From Candidatus Nomurabacteria bacterium (lineage in GTDB: Bacteria > Patescibacteriota > Minisyncoccia > Phycocordibacterales > UBA5272): a stretch of DNA of 64,000 nucleotides. Position 1 is the first letter of the stretch. Each line of letters opens with the position of its first letter. The position numbers and the translations under genes were made by a program. The stretch is taken from NCBI GenBank assembly GCA_040376695.1, contig JBEIQD010000001.1, forward strand, positions 145,437-209,436, in the 5' to 3' direction. A model generated the notes under the pieces. It saw nothing but the letters and a program-made list of their open reading frames with translations, did not search any database and was not told the DNA's origin. This document shows, piece by piece, positions 1 to 9,425 of the stretch.

Positions 1-250
1 AAAAGGTAAGTAATGCACTTGATCTCACAAAAGTCATGACAGCAAAGAAAAGGAGTGGTAATGCTACAACATACACCGATTTCTGTACTCTCTTTCCAAA
101 TGTCTTAGATAGCCCCCACCCTAGAATCAAAATGAGCGCAGCGAACAAGAAGAAATTGATCCCGAGATTCTGCTCGTAAAACAGTACGTTATGAATGATT
201 CCAAGAACGGCAGCACCTCCCACTAAAAGAAATAAGTCGTTTGTTTTCAT
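1..250 (-). CDS. Hypothetical multi-TM membrane protein, N-terminal part (gene runs off window start)
   Basis: Manual translation of minus strand from ATG at 248-250: MKTNDLFLLVGGAAVLGIIHNVLFYEQNLGINFFLFAALILILGWGL... hydrophobic helices. Start 6 nt after stop of preceding 63-aa ORF (translational coupling). Open to the window edge. Confidence 0.4.
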   Translation of the reverse strand, partial: MKTNDLFLLVGGAAVLGIIHNVLFYEQNLGINFFLFAALILILGWGLSKTFGKRVQKSVYVVALPLLFFAVMTFVRSSALLTF

Positions 251-256
251 AGATAT

Positions 257-448
257 TTAAGCGGAGGGCTTTTCCATTAATTTATCCTCAATCTTTCTCA
301 AAGATACTTCTATATTTTCCAGTGCGTCCACCACTCGATTCATTTTCCAATACCAAGTAAACAATTCTCGAATAATAAAGAAAAGTAAGGTGCCTCCAAA
401 AAACAATACGAAATCAGATTCTTGTGCAAGTTTGTCAATTATTTCCAT
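257..448 (-). CDS. Small hypothetical protein with one predicted TM helix
   Basis: 63-aa ORF (FVLFFGGTLLFFIIRELFTWYW hydrophobic stretch). Tightly coupled to the downstream membrane-protein ORF. Confidence 0.4.
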   Translation of the reverse strand: MEIIDKLAQESDFVLFFGGTLLFFIIRELFTWYWKMNRVVDALENIEVSLRKIEDKLMEKPSA

Positions 449-566
449 ATTGATAATTATAGCTTATCTTGGGTGTGAGCTCCATAATTTCTTGAACTGC
501 ATACAGTTCGTTGAAATTAGCAGTACTTTTAGGTGACGAAGTTAGAACCAATTTATTTTTAACTAG

Positions 567-3500
567 TTACTCTTCCTCAAAGGGATAAACAAAGTTTTGT
601 TTATAAACATTTTGGTTTTTCTTTAATATATCAGCGTGGTCTGGCCGATGAATATCATCAAGATTCTCTGGCCAGTATCTCCGTTCTCCCCAACTCACCA
701 AAACAAAAGTCTTTCCTGTTTTTTTCTGAATCTTTTCTAAAAGATCTTTTCGTAGGTAGAGTAGATTTTCATGAGTGCCGTACTGATCACCGCTGTTTAT
801 AGGAATTGCCATAATCTCTCCTTCTTCATTAGATAAATTAAAAGATGATGTCTTAAAATGTAGCTTATAGCTTTTACCTATTTTTTTACTCGGGATATAC
901 ATGCCGACCGAGTCATCATCTTTTCCAAGATAGAAATAATCTTTTGTTGCAAACCATCTAGCAATGCGCTGTATACGCACCTTCTCATAAATAGGCTCTG
1001 TTTTAAAAAGTGGAGGTTCTTCAACTTCTTTCACAATATGATTCTCTTTCTCGGGAAGAAAAGCATACACTAAACGAACACCGTACCAGCTCTTTTCTTC
1101 TTTTGTAAGCTTTCTTTGTTTTTCTCCTCTCTTAATCTTTATCTCTAATACTGGATCTGGAGTACTTTTCTCTCTCCAAAAAACTTCCCCTGCAAAGAGA
1201 CTTCTTATTTCTGATAAAGATGGAAGACTGTTATTACCAGGATAATCCTTAGTTGAAAAAAACTCATCTACTTTCTTAATATCATTTGGTTCCACCAAAA
1301 CCCCATGTAACCAAGTCATGATTTTTCGACTATTCGTAGTATCTTTTTCTCCTATTGTTCCTTCTACTAAAACCCAAGGTCCTTTAACATCATTAATTGT
1401 TTCCACTTTAAGATAATGGCTTATATTTGGCGGTTCATTTTGGATCATCCATTTCTTAATTTCTTTTGGTCCCGTAGTGAGTATTTTTGAGTGTAGATTC
1501 TTGGATATAGAAGATTGTGGAAAACTAACATCCAAGTCTATTGATTCTTCTCTACCATCTTCATTTACCCACCACTTCTCAAGCTGCCCTTTATCAAGCC
1601 TTATACCCATGATTTCTCGATACGCAATAAGGGAATATTTTTCACCGTACCGTTCTATTTTTCCAACGTAACTGTGGTGTCGATCATACCTACTATCTCT
1701 CTCTATATATTTATCAATATCTCCAAATTTCTTTAAAGAGTAACCCAATTCATAGAGTCGCCACATTATATTTTCTTTAAGCTTAATATAGTTTTTGTCT
1801 CTATCATCATAAGCGCGACTACCCACTAAGTGTCTTAATGTATCTTTTTCAAATTCCCACCCCAGCGGGGCGTTCCCCTCGCGATATAGACCTTCATCTT
1901 TATCTTGACTTCGCCCCCAGCGACGAATACCACCATCCAAGTAAGGTGGTCTGATTCTTTTTATTTCTGAATCTGAAAATAAACTTTTATTATTATATAA
2001 ACCTACTTCAATAACGCCTCGAGCGTAGTCTCTAATAAAAACATTAGAGGAGCTTAGTTTTGCATGTTTTTTAAAAAAAAGAGCGTAGATATTTTTAGTG
2101 TGAGGATACAATGCTTTTGATATTAACTTTTTATCTAGATCGTTTAACGCCATTGCTATCCCGTAATCAACAGCCAATAATCTTTCCTGAATATAAGGAT
2201 CATTAACTTCAATAGCGTTCTCTAGAAACTCTATAAACTTTTCTGGATTAACTTTCCCGACGATATAAAGGCACCTCGTGGCTCTATTTCGTAGTAACTT
2301 GACGTTACTACTCAACACCCATTTCAAAACCTGCATTACACAAACTGCTTGCTCATCGCCCATTTGCGGAAGTTTTTGATTTTCAATCCAGGAAATTAGT
2401 TTATAAATACTGCCTGAACCATACTGCTTTCTAAGATACTCTGACCACAGCAAGTCTCTGCTTGTTAATGTGAGTCCATTTAAATACTTATTAAGTCGTT
2501 CTGCATTTAAAGGATGGAAAGGTTTAGTTGCCGTCGAGACAAAAAGATCAAGCAATTCTCTGTAAGAATTATCATACTTAAAAAGTGTTTTATTTATATA
2601 ATTAAGAATAGAACTTTTTATTTCCCTTTTATCATTTAAGAAATTCTCTGGTTTTCTCCAATATAAACTTTGAATAAAAGCAGATCTTATTTGTGGGTGG
2701 TATTTAAGCTCTTTAGGTAAGTAGTTAATCAAATCTTTTTCATGTAGAGACCTATTATTTTTTACGCTTTCAGGAAACTCAACCATCAAAGCTTCGACTA
2801 AATCTATATTTATTAAAATAGTACGCTCATCTTTAAATAAATCCCCCAAAGGAGTAGAGGCTTTTAGGCTCGATTTTACCTTTTTACTGTTAAAAAAATT
2901 TTTATCATAAAGTAAATTTCTTGCGATTATATGATCACTAAACTTGTGGAAAGAAAATTTTAAAACATCATAATACTTCTTTGCTTTATCATCCCAAGCA
3001 GCATCTCTAATTAGCACCCCTTCCTCTATTAGTATTTTCAATACTTTCAAACATGTTGTTAGGGTATATTTTCCTTCAGAAAGATCTCTAATGACTCCTA
3101 GGACTTCACTCTCTATAAGAAACCTCCTACCATTGCTTGCCATAAGTTTAGCTATCATTTTTACCAAACAATCATTTCCAGACTTATTCCAAATCCAAGA
3201 ATGTTTTATTAAAGCCTTGTACTTTGAAGAGTGTTTTTTAATTATCCATTCTTCTTTTGTAATATAAAAATCTTCTAGAATTTTTGTCATTCCAACTTGC
3301 CCTAAGGCAAGATCTCTAATACCTTTTGTAACTTTTGCTTTACCTCCTTTTATATCCTTTGCAGTTCTACAAAAGCAACTTAAAAATAAAGGGCTACTAA
3401 ATTCTGATATTAACAATGGAACCTGAGGAAGAGTGAGTCCATAGAAATTAAAAAAGGCGGTCATTGCTTCAAGTTCGTTATCTTGGAATCCTTGGTGATA

Positions 3501-4499
3501 TTCTGTTGTTATTTTTAATCTTTTAGGTAGATAGAGAAATTGAAAGGGAACTCTGCATGTCATAACTATGCCAACCCAGGGATATTTCTTGGCTTCTCTA
3601 ATTAAATATCGAACCCCCGCTTTCCAGCCTTTCCTGTCAGCTTCATTTATAGCATCAATAATTATCAAAGATCTTCTGTTTGCTTTTTGCCCTAGATCAT
3701 TTAACTCTTGTAAAATTCCATTTTTTGTTCCTTTTATAGAGGTAGCTTTAAAGACCGCTTCGATGGAATCGTTAATTTCTAACAACTTCTCTCCTAAAAC
3801 AATAATAGTTGGTGGAAGATTCTCATCTAAACGCTGCTTTGATATATCACAAACTAAATGAGTTTTGCCCATTCCTGCTTGACCTAATATAAGTAAAAAA
3901 GGATCATTCATAAGTTGAGCCTTATGACTTTTTGCAAAATAATCCAACTTGCGTATAGAGCTTTCAAATTCCCTTAAAGTACTTTCCAGGCTTTTCAGTT
4001 CTCGTAACTCTTCTGAAGAACTGTGCCCAAAATATTCTCTTCCTTCGACTTTTGCTTTTTCTCTTTGTGCATCATTTTCCTTACTTTCAAAATCCCACAC
4101 ATAGTGCTGAATTGGAGAAAAATATTTATATAATTTTTCTGAAGCTTGTATAACAGATTTTAAATTGAGTTCCTCAGCCTGATCTTGAGCAAATTTTTCC
4201 GCTATTTCTAGATAACTTTCTCCTAATTTTTGGATCTTTCTTAAATTCTTCCTTACTGTTGTATCTTTATACTTTAACGGATTTAAATATCCTAATCTTT
4301 TATGAGATTCTCGTAGGCTTTTCCTATAACCCTCGATCTCTTTGAAGACCTTTTCTGTTCTTCCTATACCGTCAAAAACATCTTTTATTGGCAGTTCAAC
4401 GTTAATATCGCTAGTGTACCTAGGTCCAGCTGCATCCTTGGCTTCTCTCCAGATTCTTTTTTGGTCTATTTGGATTTTGGGAGTTTTTTTTACGCTCAT
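567..4499 (-). CDS. Large STAND/NACHT-like P-loop NTPase (1310 aa), multidomain; candidate defence/signalling ATPase
   Basis: Walker A LILGQAGMGKTHLV (~aa 205). Walker B-like LIIIDAINEAD. Downstream GIVMTCR resembles the hhhTSR sensor-1 motif of NACHT/STAND ATPases. ~200-aa charged helical N-terminal region and ~900-aa C-terminal region without recognisable repeats. Markedly AT-rich codon usage relative to neighbouring core genes. Confidence 0.75.
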   Translation of the reverse strand: MSVKKTPKIQIDQKRIWREAKDAAGPRYTSDINVELPIKDVFDGIGRTEKVFKEIEGYRKSLRESHKRLGYLNPLKYKDTTVRKNLRKIQKLGESYLEIAEKFAQDQAEELNLKSVIQASEKLYKYFSPIQHYVWDFESKENDAQREKAKVEGREYFGHSSSEELRELKSLESTLREFESSIRKLDYFAKSHKAQLMNDPFLLILGQAGMGKTHLVCDISKQRLDENLPPTIIVLGEKLLEINDSIEAVFKATSIKGTKNGILQELNDLGQKANRRSLIIIDAINEADRKGWKAGVRYLIREAKKYPWVGIVMTCRVPFQFLYLPKRLKITTEYHQGFQDNELEAMTAFFNFYGLTLPQVPLLISEFSSPLFLSCFCRTAKDIKGGKAKVTKGIRDLALGQVGMTKILEDFYITKEEWIIKKHSSKYKALIKHSWIWNKSGNDCLVKMIAKLMASNGRRFLIESEVLGVIRDLSEGKYTLTTCLKVLKILIEEGVLIRDAAWDDKAKKYYDVLKFSFHKFSDHIIARNLLYDKNFFNSKKVKSSLKASTPLGDLFKDERTILINIDLVEALMVEFPESVKNNRSLHEKDLINYLPKELKYHPQIRSAFIQSLYWRKPENFLNDKREIKSSILNYINKTLFKYDNSYRELLDLFVSTATKPFHPLNAERLNKYLNGLTLTSRDLLWSEYLRKQYGSGSIYKLISWIENQKLPQMGDEQAVCVMQVLKWVLSSNVKLLRNRATRCLYIVGKVNPEKFIEFLENAIEVNDPYIQERLLAVDYGIAMALNDLDKKLISKALYPHTKNIYALFFKKHAKLSSSNVFIRDYARGVIEVGLYNNKSLFSDSEIKRIRPPYLDGGIRRWGRSQDKDEGLYREGNAPLGWEFEKDTLRHLVGSRAYDDRDKNYIKLKENIMWRLYELGYSLKKFGDIDKYIERDSRYDRHHSYVGKIERYGEKYSLIAYREIMGIRLDKGQLEKWWVNEDGREESIDLDVSFPQSSISKNLHSKILTTGPKEIKKWMIQNEPPNISHYLKVETINDVKGPWVLVEGTIGEKDTTNSRKIMTWLHGVLVEPNDIKKVDEFFSTKDYPGNNSLPSLSEIRSLFAGEVFWREKSTPDPVLEIKIKRGEKQRKLTKEEKSWYGVRLVYAFLPEKENHIVKEVEEPPLFKTEPIYEKVRIQRIARWFATKDYFYLGKDDDSVGMYIPSKKIGKSYKLHFKTSSFNLSNEEGEIMAIPINSGDQYGTHENLLYLRKDLLEKIQKKTGKTFVLVSWGERRYWPENLDDIHRPDHADILKKNQNVYKQNFVYPFEEE

Positions 4500-4641
4500 T
4501 AGTCAACAGTATACTCTTTTTGTCTACCTAACAAGATTATAAATCAAGAATCATATCCAGCGTTTCTGAGTTTTGTGAGTATAAGCATTTTTAACTCTAA
4601 CAAGTCATATTTCAGTGCCAGCAAGAACACCATTAACAAAC

Positions 4642-5049
4642 TCATTTCTTTCTATGCGGAAATTTTACTGTTGCAGCCAAATACAAAAGCATTGACGATA
4701 GTAGAATTACTGGCAACATCATGATTCCCCAAAAACCTACCGTTAAACCCATACGAAACAAACCAGCAACATTTACCGGGTTAAATGCCAAAATAAGGAT
4801 TACGGGGATAAACATTAAAATATTTACCCCGATAATTCCGTTTAGAACTTTTTCCATTCTCTCAGAAAAAGCAGGATCAACATATTCTATGTACAGGTAG
4901 CTGGCAATTAAAACAGTGATAGTGAGGCCCCACTTTAAAATAATATTATTAGCTCCACTTGTTTCCTTATCAAAAACAGCTTGCATGATTATAGGAAAGA
5001 ACAGTGAAAGACCTATAAGAAACTGCAGCCTACTTTCTAGTTTTTTCAT
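4642..5049 (-). CDS. Hypothetical 4-TM integral membrane protein (135 aa)
   Basis: Four hydrophobic segments (LIGLSLFFPIIMQAV, LTITVLIASYLYI, ILMFIPVILILAF, FWGIMMLPVILLSSMLLYLAA). Start codon 3 nt from the 3' end of tRNA-Gln. Directly upstream of the STAND NTPase on the same strand. Confidence 0.6.
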   Translation of the reverse strand: MKKLESRLQFLIGLSLFFPIIMQAVFDKETSGANNIILKWGLTITVLIASYLYIEYVDPAFSERMEKVLNGIIGVNILMFIPVILILAFNPVNVAGLFRMGLTVGFWGIMMLPVILLSSMLLYLAATVKFPHRKK

Positions 5050-5051
5050 TG

Positions 5052-5122
5052 CTGGGGAACAGGGACTCGAACCCCAATACCATCCTCCAGAGGGATGTGT
5101 CCTACCATTAGACGATTCCCCA
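5052..5122 (-). tRNA. tRNA-Gln (anticodon CTG)
   Basis: Hand-folded cloverleaf from minus strand TGGGGAATCGTCTAATGGTAGGACACATCCCTCTGGAGGATGGTATTGGGGTTCGAGTCCCTGTTCCCCAG. 7-bp acceptor TGGGGAA/TTCCCCA, anticodon stem CATCC/GGATG, loop CTCTGGA, TTCGAGT T-loop. CCA not encoded. Confidence 0.75.
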
Positions 5123-5208
5123 TACTATTGTGCGATTTACTCGACACAAAATTGATTTTAAAACCTTCAAAATCAGTGCAAATATACTACCACATTTTGA
5201 CGACTCTA

Positions 5209-6864
5209 TCAAAGAGTGGCACGGACCAAACGTATTTGGTGAAAGGTATATTTTCCACCGAGCTCGTCAAAGACTGGAGTGAGTTTTGTGGTCTCCAAAG
5301 TCTTGAAAGCTTTCTTGATAGCGGTCACGTCTTTTTTCGGAGGTAACACCTTATCTAACACCACTTCTTCTTTCATTTCTACTAACTTCTCAATGTGTCC
5401 GATAATGGTGTCTACGGAGAGATTTCTTTGCTCGGCGATTTCAGCAAGTGTGAGTCCGATCTTTAACATCTCTTGCGTCACTGTATGTGTGAGCGTCTTT
5501 TCTTGAATCTCATCTGCTTCAGCATCACTTAATTCTACAAGTGTTCCCCCTTTCTCGGTGAGGAACTTTTCATGCAGCACTTTCAAATCATTTTCATTGT
5601 ATTTATCAAGCGCATATTCTGCCTGTTCACTCTTGTTACGGAACGTATAATCCGCTTCTCGAACCTCTTCTGAAATCTGAAGAGCTTGTGGATTGAACCC
5701 GACCAAGTGGAGCCCTTCCATGCTCTTTAATCGAGAAAGAGCAACATATCCCTGTCCTGAAGCAAACGCACGACTGAGGTCAATTTGAGCCCTATCAAGG
5801 GTCATTCCTTGGCTCTTGTGGACGGTGATAGCCCAGGCTAATTTAATAGGTAATTGGGATATCTCGGCTTTTACTTTTCCGTCTTCTTCCACGCGCCAGG
5901 TATCAGCTTTCATAACCACTCGTTTCCCTGTTTGAAGTGCGATCACAGGACTATTATCTTTCTCAAAATCAACCACAATTCCCATAGAACCATTCACATA
6001 CTTTCGCTCAGCATCGTTTTTGATACAAATTACTTTCGCTCCAATTTTAAGTTCCAATATTTCATCCGCCAAACAGTTGTTCTTAAGCGATGCAAGTACG
6101 GGACCTTTTCCTTTTGTTACCATGTCGAATCTCTTTACTTCCCCCTCAAGTGCGTCAAAGGCTTTCTTGTTAATCAAATCTACATTCTCATTGTGCGTGT
6201 AGAGTTTTATATGATCATCTGTATGCGGCGTGTTACTTGATTCTTTAAGGGTGAGATAGTGATCCTCTTCCACTTCACCAGAACGAATTGCATTTAAAAT
6301 ATTGGTGAGCGTATCATCTTCTTGTCGGAACTGTTCAGTTAAATAGCACACAACAGGCTTGGCTTCTTTCCACGCTTTTGACATGAATGCGAACACGTCT
6401 GTACTTTCGTATTCATTTCCATTTCGTACCACTGGTGGAAGCTGAAAGAAGTCTCCAGTGAACACAACTTGTAATCCACCGAACGGTTTATCGCTTCGAC
6501 GTAGATGTTTCCCTGCTTTGTCCAACATATCTACAAGCGAAGCGTGAAGCATAGAAATTTCATCAATGATAAGCACTTGAGTATCATTCCACCTCTTGTA
6601 TACATTTGCTTTCTCTTCTAATTCATCAAGATCATACGCTGTGAGCTTTTGTTTAATACCAAGACCACTCCACGCATGAATGGTTGTTCCACCGATATGG
6701 GTAGAGGCAATACCGGTTGAAGCGGTAACTGCGAATTTAATACCATGCTTACGCAGGTAGGTAATGTATTCACGGAGAGCGTAACTTTTACCAGCTCCCG
6801 CCGCACCAGTGAGAAATACCGTGTGTCCTAGTTTAAGAATATCGAGAGCGGTCTTCTGCGTCAT
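5209..6864 (-). CDS. Pif1/RecD-family ATP-dependent DNA helicase with C-terminal HTH
   Basis: Walker A FLTGAAGAGKSYAL. Motifs LIIDEISM and TGDFFQLPPV typical of the Pif1 (AAA_30) family. C-terminal helix-turn-helix-like tail. Confidence 0.85.
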   Translation of the reverse strand: MTQKTALDILKLGHTVFLTGAAGAGKSYALREYITYLRKHGIKFAVTASTGIASTHIGGTTIHAWSGLGIKQKLTAYDLDELEEKANVYKRWNDTQVLIIDEISMLHASLVDMLDKAGKHLRRSDKPFGGLQVVFTGDFFQLPPVVRNGNEYESTDVFAFMSKAWKEAKPVVCYLTEQFRQEDDTLTNILNAIRSGEVEEDHYLTLKESSNTPHTDDHIKLYTHNENVDLINKKAFDALEGEVKRFDMVTKGKGPVLASLKNNCLADEILELKIGAKVICIKNDAERKYVNGSMGIVVDFEKDNSPVIALQTGKRVVMKADTWRVEEDGKVKAEISQLPIKLAWAITVHKSQGMTLDRAQIDLSRAFASGQGYVALSRLKSMEGLHLVGFNPQALQISEEVREADYTFRNKSEQAEYALDKYNENDLKVLHEKFLTEKGGTLVELSDAEADEIQEKTLTHTVTQEMLKIGLTLAEIAEQRNLSVDTIIGHIEKLVEMKEEVVLDKVLPPKKDVTAIKKAFKTLETTKLTPVFDELGGKYTFHQIRLVRATL

Positions 6865-6908
6865 GAGAAGTACAGTATACCTCAGGTTAGTAAGGACGAC
6901 TGTTGATA

Positions 6909-6926
6909 GTAGAACAATTGTTCTAC
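6909..6926. promoter_or_regulatory. Perfect 18-bp palindrome GTAGAACAATTGTTCTAC in divergent intergenic region (candidate operator)
   Basis: Seen directly. Exact dyad symmetry between divergently transcribed pif1-like helicase (minus) and the hypothetical gene at 7021 (plus). Confidence 0.3.
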
Positions 6927-7020
6927 TTACGAGTATTTTGAAAATATACCTATATATGCAAGGATGTAGCCAGTCAAGAAAACCTAATAACCTAGCTCAT
7001 TACAAAAAGGAAATCACCTA

Positions 7021-7701
7021 ATGCCCTCCAACCCCACACTTCCGGTCATTATCCTTGACCTGAATGGGTGCGAGGTACGACTGGATAATAAACAGATCAT
7101 TCTCTACGGCACATACAAGTGCAAAGATTCGATGGACTTGTATACGCCCTGTCACCCTGAAGGAATTCCAAAAGAAAATGATGAACATGCATTTGCGCAG
7201 CTATATCGCACCTTCAAGTCTTTGGTTAATGAAAAGGTGCTCATGGGACCTTTCCCTATAGATAGGTTTCTCACCTATGACTTTTTCTGGTATTTCATGC
7301 GTATTCCACCCAAGGAACTGCTTTTGAAACTTCAAGACGCTGGCGTAAGAATCAGCGTGATAAGAATCATGAACAATAAAAATATTGAAAGCATCGAGAA
7401 GGCGCTTGAAGATTTTAGTCCTTGGATGAATGGAATCGTTCATGTAAGCTCAGGATCACTTGATGAAGAACTCACAAGAACTTTTCCCCTGCAACCTGCT
7501 CCAAGCACTCACATGATGCACATGGCTCTCTATGTTCTTCACAAGGTCCTCATACTCATAGGATTAGGTTTTGCTCTCCAGTGGGTGTTTGAACTTTATT
7601 TCTACTTAGGACTCATTCTGGGTGTCATCTATGTTCATTGGGGTTACCAATTTGCAAAGACATTCAGGCGTTCTCCTGTTGAGAAAACCACACTAAACTA
7701 A
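7021..7701 (+). CDS. Hypothetical protein with C-terminal transmembrane helices (226 aa)
   Basis: ORF preceded by AAGGAAAT SD-like sequence. C-terminal hydrophobic segments (ALYVLHKVLILIGLGFALQWVFELYFYLGLILGVIYV). No recognisable family motif. Confidence 0.5.
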   Translation: MPSNPTLPVIILDLNGCEVRLDNKQIILYGTYKCKDSMDLYTPCHPEGIPKENDEHAFAQLYRTFKSLVNEKVLMGPFPIDRFLTYDFFWYFMRIPPKELLLKLQDAGVRISVIRIMNNKNIESIEKALEDFSPWMNGIVHVSSGSLDEELTRTFPLQPAPSTHMMHMALYVLHKVLILIGLGFALQWVFELYFYLGLILGVIYVHWGYQFAKTFRRSPVEKTTLN

Positions 7702-7739
7702 AAGCCGTACAGTACTGTACGGCTTTTATCATTCTTGTT

Positions 7740-8669
7740 TTATATCTTCAAATACTTTCGAACCGCGAGAAGTGATGATACCACTGCCAGCACCACACCA
7801 GCGAGAAGGAGGAGTCCTGCGAGCTGGAAGAAGTGAGAAAGGAAGTATGCGTTAATGTTCATCCCTTCAAAGAAGAACACTGTTTTCTTTGTCACCCAAA
7901 TAGTTGCTGGGTAGAACATCGCAAGCGTGATAATCGTAGCTGAGAGAGCATACAGTATCGCTTCCACAATAAACGGACCACGGATAAACATGTTTGATGC
8001 TCCTACGAGCTTCATGACCGCGATTTCATCTCGGTACACGAAGATGGCCAATCGGATAGTGTTGTACACAATCATACAACTCATAAGGATAAATATCATC
8101 GAGAGCCAGAATCCAACCGTGTTTGTCCAACCGATAATGTTGTTGAGCTTATCGATACTATCTTTCAACTGATAATAGTTGATCTTATCAACTGATCCGG
8201 AAGCGCCCCCGAGCAGCCCTGAATCTGGTGAGGAAACTTGTTCAGCAATTGCTTGATACTGAGATGTATCTTTAGCGACCACTGAGAGTGAGGCCCCGAA
8301 CGGGTTTGTTCCTAGTTCATCAAGCGCTTGAATAGTAAGCTGATCCCCTATATGTTTTTCACGGAATTCAGTAAGCGCTTGGTCACGAGAGGTATAGGTC
8401 ACTGACTTTACCTGAGGAAGCCCCATCAAACGGGCTTTCACATCCCCTATTTGTTCCTCGGTTGCATCAGTAGTGAAGTAAATACGCACGTCCACCTTCT
8501 CTGTTACTTGGTCGAGTGTATACGCAAAGATTGCATGGAAAAGATAAAACGCTGTAATAATCGAAAGCGTAATCGTAAGAATAAAGATAGAAGAAAGAGA
8601 AACAGTACGGTTACGGTAAAACCCGCGGAGGCCTGCTGTTACTATTCGTCGTGTAAGGGTTGTTTTCAT
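7740..8669 (-). CDS. ftsX: Cell division permease FtsX
   Basis: N-terminal RRIVTAGLRGFYRN, periplasmic loop and 3 C-terminal TM helices. Immediately downstream of ftsE. Confidence 0.85.
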   Translation of the reverse strand: MKTTLTRRIVTAGLRGFYRNRTVSLSSIFILTITLSIITAFYLFHAIFAYTLDQVTEKVDVRIYFTTDATEEQIGDVKARLMGLPQVKSVTYTSRDQALTEFREKHIGDQLTIQALDELGTNPFGASLSVVAKDTSQYQAIAEQVSSPDSGLLGGASGSVDKINYYQLKDSIDKLNNIIGWTNTVGFWLSMIFILMSCMIVYNTIRLAIFVYRDEIAVMKLVGASNMFIRGPFIVEAILYALSATIITLAMFYPATIWVTKKTVFFFEGMNINAYFLSHFFQLAGLLLLAGVVLAVVSSLLAVRKYLKI

Positions 8670-8683
8670 AAAAAAATAAAGAG

Positions 8684-9364
8684 CTACATTGTAAACTTTC
8701 CAGACTTCTGATCTCGAGTCACTCGTCCATCTTCCATCGTAATCACGCGACGTCCAAGGTTATCTACGATTCCCTTGTTGTGAGTAGTAAGAATCACTGT
8801 CGTACCTAAATCATTAATCTTCTTCAAAATCTGAACGATATCGTACGTGTTAAGAGGATCCAAGTTTCCTGTTGGTTCATCCGCGATAATAATTTCAGGA
8901 CGATTAATAATCGCGCGAGCAATAGCAACACGCTGCTGTTCACCTCCAGAGAGCTGGTGTGGGAAATGATGCATCTTGTCTTTCAAATCAACAAGGTCGA
9001 GTACGTGTGGTACGTCTTCCATAATATCCTCGTCATGCTTTCCTGCTGCTTCCATAGCAAACGCAACGTTCTCGTACGCTGTCTTATTAGGGATAAGACG
9101 AAAATCCTGGAACACCACACCAACCTTTCGGCGGTAACTTGTCATTCCATTTCCTTTTAGCTTATGAATGTCTTCAGAGTGAAAAGAAACCTTACCTTCT
9201 GTTGGATGTTCTTCAGCTAAAAGAAGTTTGATGAGTGTTGTTTTACCAGCACCTGAGTGGCCTACAATTGATACGAGTTCACCTGGGTGAATTGTGAGGG
9301 AAATATCTTCAAGAACTTTATTTCCGTTGTCATATTCCTTTGAAACTTTGTCGAAGTAGAGCAT
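8684..9364 (-). CDS. ftsE: Cell division ATP-binding protein FtsE
   Basis: ABC ATPase motifs [34 protein letters not shown]. Conserved ftsE-ftsX order. Confidence 0.9.
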   Translation of the reverse strand: MLYFDKVSKEYDNGNKVLEDISLTIHPGELVSIVGHSGAGKTTLIKLLLAEEHPTEGKVSFHSEDIHKLKGNGMTSYRRKVGVVFQDFRLIPNKTAYENVAFAMEAAGKHDEDIMEDVPHVLDLVDLKDKMHHFPHQLSGGEQQRVAIARAIINRPEIIIADEPTGNLDPLNTYDIVQILKKINDLGTTVILTTHNKGIVDNLGRRVITMEDGRVTRDQKSGKFTM

Positions 9365-9425
9365 ATATTTATTGTATCACACTCAGTATTACACCTTGTG
9401 TACAAAGATTATTTCATCTTTTGCC

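Noticed and set aside
4500-5209. Direct repeat of the tRNA-Gln 3' end marking an island boundary (att site)
   Set aside because: Could not find a convincing 15 bp or longer copy of the tRNA 3' segment within the window by eye. The island hypothesis rests on composition and gene content only.
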